Source: an uncultured Alphaproteobacteria bacterium (lineage in GTDB: Bacteria > Pseudomonadota > Alphaproteobacteria > Rhizobiales > Rhizobiaceae). Taken from it: a stretch of 64,000 nucleotides of DNA. The DNA is taken from contig CAVZBM010000007.1 in the NCBI GenBank assembly GCA_963773525.1, positions 197,824 to 261,823 on the forward strand, written 5' to 3'. The notes beneath the pieces were generated by a model, which searched no databases, was not told the DNA's origin, and worked only from the letters and a program-made list of their open reading frames with translations. Below are positions 9,927 to 22,609 of this stretch, one piece after another. The number at the start of each line of letters is the position of its first letter. Position 1 is the stretch's first letter. The position numbers were made by a program, and so were the translations under genes.

Positions 9927-10967
9927 ATGCAACGACGCCAGTTTCTGACTGCAGCCGCCGCGGGCGCGCTCGCCATGCCGGCCCTGATGCGCAAGGCATG
10001 GGCGCAGGAGCCGGAGTTCACGCTCAAGCTCCACCATTTCCTTGGGCCGAAATCGCCCGCGAACACAAACATGTTCATCCCCCTGGCGGAGACGATCGCC
10101 GAGAAGTCCGGCGGTCGCGTCAAGATCGAGATCTACCCGTCGATGACGCTTGGCGGCTCGCCGCCCCAGCTCTTCCGGCAGGTCGCCGACGGCGTGGTCG
10201 ACATCGTGTGGATGGTGAACGGCTATGCGCCGGGCCTCTTCCCACGCTCCGAGGTATTCGAACTGCCCAGCGTCTTCGTCAACGACATCGCCGCGACCAA
10301 CCTGGCGATGCGCCAGATCTTCGACGAGTGGCTGGCGCCGGAGTACAAGGCGGTGCACGTGCTCTTCAACCACGTCCATGCCGGTCAGGCGATCCACATG
10401 GCGAACACGCCGGTGCACACGGTCGCCGACACGCAGGGCAAGAAGCTGCGCGTCCCCGGCCCGACCGGCAATGCCGTCGTCGAGGCGATGGGCGCCACCC
10501 CGGTGACGATGCCGGTTCCCGATCTTCCGCAGGCGCTGTCGACCAATGCGGTCGACGGGGCGCTCATTCCCTGGGAGATCATTCCCGCGCTGCAGCTCCA
10601 GGAAGTGACGAAGTATCAGATCGAAGGACCGGACAAGAGGCGGTTCGGCACAACGACCTTCCAGGTCTCGATGAACAAGGATCGCTGGGAGAGCCTGCCG
10701 GAGGACCTTCAGCAGGTGTTCAACGAGGCGTGTGACGAGGCATGGCTGCGTCACGTCGGTCAGATCTGGCGGGAGGCTGACAATCACGGCATCGAAGTCG
10801 CGACGAATGCCGGCAACGAGCACATCGTGCTCTCCGTGGAGGAGATGCAGACGTTCGACAAGGCACTGGCTCCGGTGGTCGATCAGTGGATCGAGGAGCA
10901 CAAGAACGACTTCGACGCAGCCGGGCTGGTCGATGCCGCGCGCAAGGCCATTGCTGAAAACAGCTGA
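9927..10967 (+). CDS. dctP: TRAP transporter substrate-binding protein, Tat signal
   Basis: MQRRQFL twin-arginine signal after GGGAGG; YPSMTLGG, DGVVDIVW, GKKLRVP. Confidence 0.9.
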   Translation: MQRRQFLTAAAAGALAMPALMRKAWAQEPEFTLKLHHFLGPKSPANTNMFIPLAETIAEKSGGRVKIEIYPSMTLGGSPPQLFRQVADGVVDIVWMVNGYAPGLFPRSEVFELPSVFVNDIAATNLAMRQIFDEWLAPEYKAVHVLFNHVHAGQAIHMANTPVHTVADTQGKKLRVPGPTGNAVVEAMGATPVTMPVPDLPQALSTNAVDGALIPWEIIPALQLQEVTKYQIEGPDKRRFGTTTFQVSMNKDRWESLPEDLQQVFNEACDEAWLRHVGQIWREADNHGIEVATNAGNEHIVLSVEEMQTFDKALAPVVDQWIEEHKNDFDAAGLVDAARKAIAENS

Positions 10968-11569
10968 TGGAAGAGGCGTCGCTCCGAAGCCGAAGCTTTG
11001 GTGGTCCGGAGGAGGGTGATCCCTCCACGGACCATCAGCCGAACGCTTTCGTCAACCTTCTGGCGACGATCATCAGGCTCTGGGCGCTGCTCGGTGGCCT
11101 GATCCTCGTCGCGCTGGCGCTGATGAGCACGATCAGCGCGCTTTCCAACCTCTTCTTCGGCAAGCCGTTCTCCGGCGATTACGAGTTGGTGAAGCATTTC
11201 GTGGCGATCGCGATCTTCATGTTCCTTCCCTACACGCAGCTCGTCGACGGCAACGTCACGGTCGACATCTTCACCGAGCGCGCCAGCGCGCGGGCCAAGG
11301 CGGCCATGGCGCTTCTCGCGGCGATCTTCGCAATTGGCTTCGCGGTCCTGCTGCTGCGGCAGATGTCACTCGGCCTGGAGAGCTACATCACCTATCGCGA
11401 GACGACACCGGTGCTGCGGCTACCTCTATGGACGGCCTTCCCGCCAATCCTGATCTCGCTGGCGCTGCTTCTGGTCGCGGCAGTGCTGACGGCTCTCGAC
11501 GGGTGGCGCGCCATGCGGCGCAAACCCACCTTCCTGGGATCCCATGGGTCCACCATTCCGATCGAGTGA
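10967..11569 (+). CDS. dctQ: TRAP transporter small permease
   Basis: About 4 TM segments; GDYELV and GNVTVDIF motifs; coupled to dctP. Confidence 0.85.
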   Translation: MEEASLRSRSFGGPEEGDPSTDHQPNAFVNLLATIIRLWALLGGLILVALALMSTISALSNLFFGKPFSGDYELVKHFVAIAIFMFLPYTQLVDGNVTVDIFTERASARAKAAMALLAAIFAIGFAVLLLRQMSLGLESYITYRETTPVLRLPLWTAFPPILISLALLLVAAVLTALDGWRAMRRKPTFLGSHGSTIPIE

Positions 11570-11623
11570 GCCCATGAACCGTCATACCACCCTCTTCCGC
11601 GCCCGCCTGTCGGAGACCTTCGC

Positions 11624-12946
11624 ATGCTGAGCGATCTGCTGCTTGGCCTTGGCGGTCTCGTCGTCCTCATCGGCCTGATCGCGGTTCGTGTGCCGATCGC
11701 CTACACGATGATCCTCGTCGGCATTGCCGGCACGATCATCATGTCCGGCCCGCTGATCCTTCTCAGCCAGTTGAAGGATCTCGGCTATTCGCAGTTCTCG
11801 AACTACGACCTGACCGTTCTGCCGATGTTCATCCTGATGGGCGGTCTGGCGGCGCGCTGCGGCCTGTCGCGCGATCTTTTCCGCGGCGCCAATGCCTGGC
11901 TCGGGCGGTTCAACGGGGGCGTCGCCATGGCGGCGATCGCGGCATGCGCCGGATTCGGGGCGTTGTGCGGCTCGTCCACGGCAACGGCGTCGACCATGGG
12001 CCAGGTCGCGCTCCCGGAATTGCGGCGCTACAACTACGCCCCGAGCCTCGCCACCGGGACCATCGCAGCCGGCGGCACGCTCGGTATCCTGATCCCGCCC
12101 TCCGTGGTCCTGATCGTCTATGCGATCATCGTCGAGACCAACATCGTCAAGATGTTCGCAGCGGCCCTCATCCCCGGCATCCTCGCCATGCTGCTGTTCA
12201 TGGCGACGGTGGCTCTCTACGTCCGTCTCGTTCCGGGCAGCGGCCCCGAGGGCGAACGCGTGACCAGCGCCGAACTCCGTTCGGCGACGCTCGGGGTCGT
12301 GCCGGTGGCGATCATCTTCGGCATCGTCATCGGCGGCATCTATGCCGGGATCTACAGCCCGACGCCGGCCGCGGCGATCGGCGTCGCGCTGGTCGGCCTC
12401 TATGGCGTCGTGACCCGCAAGCTGACCCTCAGAGGCTGCCGCGATTCGCTGCTGGAGACGGCGCGCACGACGGGCATGATCTATCTGATCCTGTTCGGCG
12501 CCGAACTGCTGAAGATCTTCATGTCGCGCGCCGGCGTGCCGCAGGCGGCAGCCGACTTCCTGCAGTCGACGGGATGGCCGCCAATGGCGATCATGCTGCT
12601 CGTCATCGTGGTGTTCCTGATCTTCGGCTGCCTGATGGACAGCCTGTCGATGGTGATCCTGGCGATCCCGTTCTTCTGGCCGGTCATCGCCGGCCTCGAT
12701 TTCGGGCTGTCGCCGGACGAGCTCAAGATCTGGTTCGGCATCATCATCCTGATCGTGGTGGAGCTCGGCCTGATCACGCCGCCCGTCGGGCTGAACGTCT
12801 TCATCATCAATGCGATGGCGCGCGACGTGCCGATGCGCGAGACCTTCAAGGGGACGATGCCCTTCTTCGCTTCGGAGATCGTCCGCATCGCGATCCTGCT
12901 GGCCTTCCCGGCCATCACGCTGCTGCTGCCGCGACTTCTTCAGTGA
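11624..12946 (+). CDS. dctM: TRAP transporter large permease
   Basis: GSSTATA, GGTLGILIPPS, ITPPVGLNVF. Confidence 0.92.
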   Translation: MLSDLLLGLGGLVVLIGLIAVRVPIAYTMILVGIAGTIIMSGPLILLSQLKDLGYSQFSNYDLTVLPMFILMGGLAARCGLSRDLFRGANAWLGRFNGGVAMAAIAACAGFGALCGSSTATASTMGQVALPELRRYNYAPSLATGTIAAGGTLGILIPPSVVLIVYAIIVETNIVKMFAAALIPGILAMLLFMATVALYVRLVPGSGPEGERVTSAELRSATLGVVPVAIIFGIVIGGIYAGIYSPTPAAAIGVALVGLYGVVTRKLTLRGCRDSLLETARTTGMIYLILFGAELLKIFMSRAGVPQAAADFLQSTGWPPMAIMLLVIVVFLIFGCLMDSLSMVILAIPFFWPVIAGLDFGLSPDELKIWFGIIILIVVELGLITPPVGLNVFIINAMARDVPMRETFKGTMPFFASEIVRIAILLAFPAITLLLPRLLQ

Positions 12947-12971
12947 TGTTCCCAAAAGACGGATAAGAGCC

Positions 12972-14424
12972 ATGGATATCGGTTTCCTCATCGACAATGA
13001 AGAGCGCGCCGCCGGAAGCGGACAGACGTTCGAGCGGCACAATCCGGTGTCCGGAGACGTCGTGACTCGGGCCGCCCGGGCCTCCGTGGAGGATGCCGGA
13101 GCAGCGGTGGCCTCCGCCGCCAAGGCGTTCGAGATCTGGTCCCGCAAGGGCCCCGGCGAAAAACGGACGCTGATGATGAAGGCTGCCGACATCATGGACT
13201 CCAAGGCCGAGGAGTTCACCAGGACGATGATGGCCGAAACCGGCGCGACCGGTCCATGGGCCGGCTTCAACGTCATGCTCGCGGCCGGCATGATCCGCGA
13301 GGCGGCCTCGCTGACCACGCAGATCGGCGGCGAGATCATCCCCTCCAACAAGCCGGGCACGCTCGCCATGGCCATGGCCAAGCCGAACGGCGTCTGCCTC
13401 GGCATCGCGCCCTGGAACGCGCCGGTCATCCTCGGCACGCGCGCCGTCGCCATGCCGATCGCCTGCGGCAACACGGTGGTGCTGAAGGCGTCGGAAATGT
13501 GCCCCGCAACGCACCGGCTGATCGGCCAGTGCTTCGCGGAAGCGGGCATGCCGGAGGGCGTGCTCAATGTCGTGACCAATGCTCCGGAAGACGCGCCGCA
13601 GATCGTCGAGGCGCTGATCGCGCATCCGGACGTCAAGCACGTCAATTTCACCGGCTCGACGTCGGTCGGCCGGATCATCGGGCGGCTCGCCGGCGAGAAC
13701 CTCAAGCCGGTGCTGCTGGAGCTCGGCGGCAAGGCGCCGCTTATCGTCCTCGACGACGCCGATATCGACGGCGCGGTGAATGCGGCGGTCTTCGGCTCCT
13801 TCATGAACCAGGGACAGATCTGCATGTCGACCGAGCGGATCATCGTCGACGAGAAGATCGCCGACGAATTCGTCAAGAAGCTCGCGGCCGCGGGCGAGCC
13901 AGCTGCCGGCCGGCGATCCGCGCGGATCATGTCGTGCTCGGTGCGCTGGTCAGCCCGAGGGCGGCCGAGAAGATGGACGGGATCTGATTGCCGATGCGAA
14001 GGACAAGGGCGCGCGGTGGTCGCTGGCGGCGGGCGCGACGGGCGACCGTGGTCGAGGCGACGCTGCTCGACAACGTCAATCCGCAGATGCGGGTCTACAT
14101 CGAGGAGAGCTTCGGCCCGGTCAAGCCGATCATCCGCGTGAGCGGCGTCGACGAGGCCATTCGCGTCGCCAACGACACCGAGTACGGCCTGTCGGCGGCC
14201 GTCTTCGGCAAGGACATCTGACGCGCGCCATGGCCGTCGCCGAGCGCGTCCAGACCGGCATCTGCCACATCAACGGCCCGACGGTCTCCGACGAGCCGCA
14301 AATGCCGTTCGGCGGCGTCAAGGCGTCCGGCCACGGCCGGTTCGGGGGCAAGGCCGCGATCGGCGAGTTCACGGATCTGCGCTGGATCACGATCGAAGAT
14401 CCGAACCAGCATTACCCGTTCTGA
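12972..14424 (+). CDS. Vanillin/salicylaldehyde-dehydrogenase-like ALDH (several frameshifts in the 3' third)
   Basis: WNAPVILGTRAVAMPIACGN, LELGGK, GQICMS; EESFGP and PFGGVKASG lie in other frames (13988-14221, 14230-14424). Confidence 0.85.
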
Positions 14425-14443
14425 GCTGCGAGGTAGCGGACCG

Positions 14444-16158
14444 ATGAGCGGCAAGACCAAAACCACGGCCGGCGCGGCGATCTTTCAGCGCCTGAAGGCG
14501 CTTGGGGTGGATTATGTCTTCGCCAATTCCGGCACGGATTTTCCTCCCATCATCGAGGGACTGGTCCAGGCGCAGCGCGAGGGAACCGCCCTGCCCGAGG
14601 CGCTCACGATCCCGCACGAGCATGTGGCCATGGGCATGGCACATGGCCACTGGCTGATCAGCGGGCGGCCGCAGGCGGTGATGCTGCACACCAATGTCGG
14701 CCTCGCCAATGGCGCGATCGGCGCGATCAACGCGGCCTGCGAACATGTGCCGATGCTGCTGATGGCGGGCGCACGCCGGTGACCGAGCGCACGCGGTTCG
14801 GTGCGCGGACGGTGCCGATCGGCTGGGGACAGGAGATGCGCGACCAGGCCGCCCTGGTGCGCGAGGCCTGCAAGTGGGACTACGAGCTGCGTTTCCCCGA
14901 GCAGATCGGCGAGGTGCTGGACCGCGGCTGGGCGATCGCGCAAGTCGACGCCGAAAGGGCCGGTCTACTTTTCGCTGCCCCGCGAAGTGCTCTGCGAGAC
15001 GATCGAGCGAGGATCTCGACCAGACGCCGACCATGGCGCCCGTGAGCGGCGCGCCCGAGCGGATCACGATCTCGCAGACGGCCGCGCGATGGCTGGCCGG
15101 GGCGAAGAAGCCCGCTGGTGATCGCCCAGCGCGGCGCCGGCGATGACGAGACGTTCGCTGCGTTTGCACGGTGGGCCGAAGATGGGCCATGCCCGTCTGC
15201 TCGTGGTGGGCGACCCGGCTCGCCATCTCGACCGAGCATCCGATGCATGTCGGCGCCGGATCCCGAAGGACTGGCTCGAGGAGGCCGATTGTCGTGCTTG
15301 TCCTCGATTGCCTCGCGCCGTGGTGGCCGGACAAGCACCCGGTCAATCCCGACGCCAAGATCATCCATGCCGGGCCCGATCCGCTTTTCTCACGCTTTCC
15401 GATGCGCAGTTTCCGCGCCGATCTGTCCCTCGCAGGGCGAAAGCAGCACGACTTCTGCCGCGGCTGTTCGCGGCGATGGAGGGCTTGCGCGCGACGATGC
15501 CGGACTGGATCGAGCGGCGCGAGCGGATCGCTGCCAAATCCGCGGAGAATCGCGCGACGCGCGCCGGCGGGCCGCCAGGGACAGCGCCACGGGGTATCAC
15601 CAAGGCCTATCTTTCCCTGAAGCTGGGCGAGGCGCTGCGTGACCGACCGCTCCAGCGTTTTCTCCGAACTCGGCGCGCAGCTCGGCGTGCTGGAGCGGAC
15701 GGAGCATCGCGGCTGGTTCCAGGAGCCGCATTCCGGCGGGCTGGGATGGAGCGTTCCGGCCGCGATGGGCGCCCGCCTCGCCGACCCGGAGCGGCTCTGT
15801 GTCGTCGTCTGCGGGGACGGCTCCTACATGTTCGCCAATCCGACGGCCTGCCACCTCGTTGCCGAAGCGGTGGGCATTCCGTTCCTGACGGTGATCGCCA
15901 ACAATGCCGAATGGGGCGCGGTTCGCGCTTCCGTCGAAGGGCTCTATCCCGGAGGGCGATGCCGCCAAGGCCAACCGGATGCCGCTGACCGCACTCACGC
16001 CCTCGCCCGACTTCACGCTGACGGCCCAGGCCTCGCGCGCCTATGCCAGACAGGTGACCGATCCGGACACGCTTGAGGAGGAACTGGCGGAGGCAATTCG
16101 TATCGTCATGGAAGAGAAGCGCCAGGCGCTGCTCGACGTGCGCGTGCTGCCAGACTGA
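14444..16158 (+). CDS. ThDP-dependent enzyme (acetolactate synthase/decarboxylase superfamily), multiply frameshifted
   Basis: Fragments: ANSGTDFPP, IPHEHVAMGMAHG (catalytic Glu), WGQEMRDQ, PKGPVYFSLPREVL, ThDP motif GDGSY...IANN, C-terminal QALLDVRV. Could be a true pseudogene. Confidence 0.8.
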
Positions 16159-16263
16159 CACCAGCCTTCGTCGTCGCGCTTCGCAAGACGTTGCCGGAAA
16201 GGGTTCAGTCGCCTAGAGATAGCCGCCATTGCGCGCAAACTGGCTGATCGGCATTTTCCAGAC

Positions 16264-17022
16264 ATGAAGCTTTCCTTCGTTCACAGCGATACAGACGAGG
16301 CCACCGCGGCGGCCGAGCGGCTGATCGCCCGCTATGGCGACCATGATAGCCGCGAGGCCGATGTCATCGTCGCCCTCGGCGGCGACGGGTTCATGTTGCA
16401 GACGCTGCACGACCACATGGATACCGATTCCAGGATCTTCGGCATGAACAGAGGGTCGGTCGGCTTTCTGATGAACGACTATTCCGAAGACGGGCTGATC
16501 GAACGCATCGAGGAGGCCGAGGGCGAGACCATCCGCCCGCTGCGGATGGCCGCGACCGATATGCAGGGCAAGGAATACCATGCAGCGGCGTTGAACGAGG
16601 TCTCTCTTCTTCGCCAGTCCTACCAGGCCGCGAAGATCCGCATCCTCATCGACGGCCGACTGCGGATGGAAGAGTTGATCTGCGACGGACTGATGGTCGC
16701 GACGCCGGCCGGCTCGACCGCCTACAATCTTTCCGCGCATGGCCCGATCCTGCCGCTTTCGGCGCCTCTGCTGGCCCTGACGCCGGTCAGCCCCTTTCGT
16801 CCGCGACGCTGGCGCGGCGCCCTGCTGCCCAACCAGTCGATCGTCGATCTGGAGATCCTGGAGCCGGAGAAGCGGCCGGTGAACGCCGTCGCCGATCATG
16901 TCGAGATCAAGAGCGTCACGTCGGTCACGGTTCGCGAAAGCCGCTCGCTGTCCGCCACAATATTGTTCGATCGCAGCCATGGATGGGACGAACGAATTCT
17001 TCTGGAACAGTTCCGTTATTGA
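16264..17022 (+). CDS. nadK: NAD kinase
   Basis: [39 protein letters not shown]. Confidence 0.93.
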   Translation: MKLSFVHSDTDEATAAAERLIARYGDHDSREADVIVALGGDGFMLQTLHDHMDTDSRIFGMNRGSVGFLMNDYSEDGLIERIEEAEGETIRPLRMAATDMQGKEYHAAALNEVSLLRQSYQAAKIRILIDGRLRMEELICDGLMVATPAGSTAYNLSAHGPILPLSAPLLALTPVSPFRPRRWRGALLPNQSIVDLEILEPEKRPVNAVADHVEIKSVTSVTVRESRSLSATILFDRSHGWDERILLEQFRY

Positions 17023-17206
17023 ACGGTCTCGTCGCTCTCAAAATCAACATTCCGAGCCGATCGGACTACCGCGTCGGCTTGACTTTGCGAGCCGCAAGTC
17101 CTAGGTCCGCAGACAGTATGGGGGGCCTGCCAAGCAAGCCCCTTTCCTTTTTGGCGATTTGACGACAACCGATCGTCCGCGCCCTTGTTCTCAAGACCGG
17201 ATTTCC

Positions 17207-18839
<1,633 letters not shown>

Positions 18840-18857
18840 GCACTTCGCTCTCCAGAG

Positions 18858-18884
18858 AAGGCCGGTAAGCTAGCCGGCCTTTTT
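18858..18884 (+). terminator. Rho-independent terminator
   Basis: AAGGCCGG-loop-CCGGCCTT followed by a T run, after the helicase stop. Confidence 0.7.
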
Positions 18885-19205
18885 CGCGTCGGCCCGCAGG
18901 GCGGCCCCAAAAGCGGTCAGCGCCCAGGGCGTCATCGATTCCGGATCGTCCAGCGCCTCGTCGGGAGCCGTCCAGTAGGGCATGGCGGTCGGCTTCCTGC
19001 CCGGCCGCTGATACGTCCAGCGCCTGCATCCCGCGGCCTCGTAATCGGCCGCGTTGACCGCATCGCCCTTCAGCATGACATTGCCGTCGCTCATCTTGAG
19101 CGCGAAGATCAGGCCCTGGTGATAAATGCCCTTGCCGCCGAACATGCGGCGGATGGAGATCGGTCCGAGCCCGGAAAACAGGTCGGCGAGGTGATCGTCA
19201 TCCAT
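18870..19205 (-). CDS. TfoX/Sxy N-terminal domain protein
   Basis: RRMFGGKGIY and MPYW..P motifs. Confidence 0.85.
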   Translation of the reverse strand: MDDDHLADLFSGLGPISIRRMFGGKGIYHQGLIFALKMSDGNVMLKGDAVNAADYEAAGCRRWTYQRPGRKPTAMPYWTAPDEALDDPESMTPWALTAFGAALRADAKKAG

Positions 19206-19221
19206 CGCCGTGTTCCCGTGC

Positions 19222-19599
19222 TCAGGCCGTGCCGCGCGCTTCGGCCAACGCCTTCAGGTCGGCGGGCTTCAACTCCACCGATTCGCCGCAGCCGCAGGCG
19301 CTGCTTTCGTTCGGATTGCGGAAGGTGAAGCCGGTGCGCAGCGGCGTCCGCTCAAAGCCGATCTCGGTGCCGAGCAGGAACAGCATGGCTTCCGGCGCGA
19401 CCCAGAGGTGGGCGCCTTCCAACTCGACGTGATCGTCCTTCGGATCGGGCGCCGTGACCAGTTCGACGGTATATTCCATCCCGGCGCAGCCGCCCTTCTT
19501 GATGCCGAGGCGAACGCCACGCGCCTCCTCGCGGTCGGCGACGATCTCGCGGATCCGGTCGGCGGCGTCTTCGGTGAGGTTGACGAGCGAAAGACCCAT
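19222..19599 (-). CDS. sufA: A-type Fe-S carrier SufA/IscA
   Basis: GGCAGMEY and NPNESSACGCGES. Confidence 0.92.
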   Translation of the reverse strand: MGLSLVNLTEDAADRIREIVADREEARGVRLGIKKGGCAGMEYTVELVTAPDPKDDHVELEGAHLWVAPEAMLFLLGTEIGFERTPLRTGFTFRNPNESSACGCGESVELKPADLKALAEARGTA

Positions 19600-19615
19600 T
19601 TTCTTCTCCTTCCCG

Positions 19616-19638
19616 GCCGGATTCAAGGTCCGGCGGTT
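19616..19638 (-). promoter_or_regulatory. Hairpin 5' of the sufA RBS (copy 1 of shared SUF motif)
   Basis: mRNA sense AACC-GCCGGA-CCTTGAA-TCCGGC, ending 16 nt before the ATG. Confidence 0.6.
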
Positions 19639-19703
19639 CGGTTCGATTCCAACCTAAAGATGGTGAAAGTCGCGCGGCGGATCAAGCGGCGAAGGCTGCG
19701 GCG

Positions 19704-20082
19704 TCAATACCAGCCGACCGCCACCTGCGCTTCCTCGCTCATACGGTCCGGCGTCCACGGGGGATCGAACACCATGCTGACATCGACCGCTTGCACGCCC
19801 TCGACATTGGCGACGGCATCCTGCACCCAACCCGGCATTTCGCCGGCGACGGGGCAGCCCGGGCGCGGTCAGCGTCATGTCGATCTTCACCGTCCGGTCG
19901 TCCTCGATGTCGACCTTGTAGATCAGGCCGAGTTCGTAGATATCGGCCGGAATTTCCGGATCATAGACCGTCTTGAGAGCGGTGATGATGTCATCGGTCA
20001 GACGCGCCAGTTCCTCCGGCGGTAGTGCGGAAGCGGAGTACACCTTCTGGGCGCCTTGCAATTGTTCGGTTTCGTTGTTCAT
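19704..20082 (-). CDS. sufT: SUF-associated DUF59/MIP18 protein (frameshift near 19860)
   Basis: YDPEIPADIYELGLIY and MTLTAPG|CPVAGEMP; ends PPWTPDRMSEEAQVAVGWY in the shifted frame. Confidence 0.88.
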
Positions 20083-20086
20083 GGGC

Positions 20087-21332
20087 CTATCCAAAAAAAT
20101 CATGCGCCTTTTGCAGCGCCTCCGCCAGCCGATCGACCTCGTCCAGCGTATTATAGACCGCAAATGAGGCACGGCAGGTGCTGGTGACGCCGTAATGCTG
20201 CAGAAGCGGCTGTGCGCAGTGGGTGCCGGCCCGTACGGCGACGCCGGAGCGGTCGATGAGCATCGAGACGTCGTGGGCGTGAACGCCCTCCATCTCGAAA
20301 CTTATGATCGCGCCCTTGTCAGGCGCGTTGCCGAAGATGCGCAGCCAGTTCAGCCCGCCCAGCCGCTCATGGGCGTAGTCGCGCAGCCGGGCCTCATGGG
20401 CGGCGATCGTGTCGCGGCCGATCTCGTCCATCCAGTCCAGCGCGGCCGCCAGGCCGATCGCCTCGACGATGTTGGGGGTGCCCGCCTCGAACCGGTGCGG
20501 CGGCTGATTATAGGTGACGCTCTCGGTCGTCACCTCCTCGATCATCTCGCCACCGCCGAGGAACGGCCGCAGCGGCTCCATCCGCTCACGACGACCGTAG
20601 AGCACGCCGATCCCGGTCGGCCCGTAGGTCTTGTGTCCGGTGAAGACGAACCAGTCGCAGCCGAGATCCCGGACATCGACCGGAAGGTGGACGGCGCTCT
20701 GGCTGCCGTCGACCAGCGTCGGAATGCCGCGCTCGCGGGCGATGCCGCAAATCTGCGCCATCGGCGTCACCGTGCCGAGGACATTCGACATGTGCGTCAT
20801 CGCGATCAGCTTCGTGCGGTCGGTGATCGCCGCCTCGACATCCTCGGCGTGGAGCGAGCCGTCCTCGCGAACCGGCACCCAGACCAGCTTGGCGCCCTTC
20901 CTCTCGCGGAGAAAATGCCAGGGCACGATATTGGCGTGATGCTCCATGATCGAAAGAACGATCTCGTCGCCCTCGCCGATCTCGACCATGCCGTGGCTGT
21001 AGGCGACGAGGTTGATGGCTTCGGTCGCGTTCTTGGTGAAGACGATCTCGTCGGCGCTCTCGGCGTTGAGAAACCGCCGCACCGTCTCACGCGCCTTCTC
21101 GAACGCGTCGGTGGCCTCGTTCGAGAGCGTATGAAGGCCCCGATGCACATTGGCATAGTTGGTTTCATACATGTGGGTCATGGCGTCGATGACGACGCGC
21201 GGCTTCTGCGCAGACGCACCATTGTCCAGATAGACGAGTGGCTTGTCGTGGATCTGCCGCGACAGGATCGGAAACTGTGCGCGGACGGCTTCGACGTCGA
21301 AACCGGCCAGCGGATCCGGCTATCGTCGCCAT
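20087..21332 (-). CDS. sufS: SufS cysteine desulfurase (frameshift near 21316)
   Basis: YLDNGASAQKP, NVHRG, TGHK (PLP lysine), RAGTHCAQP. Confidence 0.93.
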
Positions 21333-21333
21333 C

Positions 21334-22599
21334 TCAGCCATTGGCGGCGAACCAGTCATCGACCTTGGCGACGAGCGCGCTGGCCAGCGCCTCGTCGTCC
21401 AACTCCTCGATGATCTCGGCGACAAACGCCTTGACCAACAGCGCCCGCGCCTGATTCTCCGGAACTCCGCGGCTCATCAGGTAGAACAGATGGCTCTCGT
21501 CGATCTCGGCGACGGTCGCGCCGTGGCCGCAGGCGACGTCGTCGGCGAAGATCTCCAGTTCCGGCTTGGCCGAGAAATCGGCCTCGTCGGAGACGAGAAG
21601 CGTGTTGCAGGCCATCCGGGCGTCGGTCTTCTGCGCTTCCTTCGCGACTCTGATCTGGCCCTGAAAGACGCCGGAGGCCGTGCCCGTGGCGATGTTGCGA
21701 ATGATTTCCGTGCCGGTCGTGTTGGGCACGAGATGGTCGAGCACCATCGTCACGTCGACATGGCTGTCGCCGCCAAGGAGGTTCACGCAGCGCATCTGGA
21801 AATCGCCGCCCTCGCCGTCGAGTATGCCGCGCACCTCGTGACGGACCAGCTGGCCGCCGGCATTGAGGATCGCGAGCGTCAGCCTGGCATTGCGGCCGAG
21901 CGTGAACTTCATCTGCGAAAGCTGAGAGGTCACGTCCGGCTGCTCCTGGACGAGCACCCACAGCAGTTCAGCATCGTCGCCGACCGTCAGATCGGTCACC
22001 GCACTGATCAGCGCGTGGCCATCGCCGGTCTGGCGCTCGATGATCGTCGCCTTCGAGCCGGCGCCGACGTTGACCGGCATACGCAGATGCGCCTGGCCTT
22101 CACCGTGAAACGCCGTCAGTTCCAGCGGCCGCTCGAGCACCGTTTCGTCGTCGAGAGTGATCGCGGCGCCGTAGGACACGAAGGCGGCGTTGAGCGCACC
22201 GACGGCATCATCCGGGTCGGCGGCCGCAAGCGATCGGTCGAGGGCCCCACTTTCGAGGAGTTGGTGAAGAGGCGTGACATGAACGCCCGCCGGCAGGCCG
22301 TCGGCCGCATCGCTGGCGAAAAGATCGATCCGCGTGACGTTGTCCACGAGCGGATTCGGGGCATCGCCCCGGGTTCGCGCATCGCCGGTCGGCACTTCCT
22401 TCAGGCGGTTGCGCAGGTCCGTATAGTGCCAGGCCTCGACACGGCGCGTCGGCAGGCCCCGCGTCGACAGACCGCCAATGGCCGTCTTGCGGGCGGTCCT
22501 CGTCGACTGGACGCCGGGCAGCGCATCGACCTGCTGGCGGAAGGCGTCGATCAGCGCGCTTTCGGCCTGGGTGTTCCTGATAAGGGTGGGAGCTGTCAT
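21334..22599 (-). CDS. sufD: Fe-S assembly protein SufD
   Basis: EAWHYTDL, VFQGQI, KPELEIFADDVACGHGAT, FYLMSRG. Confidence 0.94.
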   Translation of the reverse strand: MTAPTLIRNTQAESALIDAFRQQVDALPGVQSTRTARKTAIGGLSTRGLPTRRVEAWHYTDLRNRLKEVPTGDARTRGDAPNPLVDNVTRIDLFASDAADGLPAGVHVTPLHQLLESGALDRSLAAADPDDAVGALNAAFVSYGAAITLDDETVLERPLELTAFHGEGQAHLRMPVNVGAGSKATIIERQTGDGHALISAVTDLTVGDDAELLWVLVQEQPDVTSQLSQMKFTLGRNARLTLAILNAGGQLVRHEVRGILDGEGGDFQMRCVNLLGGDSHVDVTMVLDHLVPNTTGTEIIRNIATGTASGVFQGQIRVAKEAQKTDARMACNTLLVSDEADFSAKPELEIFADDVACGHGATVAEIDESHLFYLMSRGVPENQARALLVKAFVAEIIEELDDEALASALVAKVDDWFAANG

Positions 22600-22609
22600 G
22601 ACTCGTTCC

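Noticed and set aside
11582-13930. 782-aa minus-strand ORF, and similar long antisense ORFs (23812-26151, 53908-55761, 7336-8790)
   Set aside because: Shadow ORFs opposite well-supported genes, expected from high-GC codon bias; no recognisable motifs.
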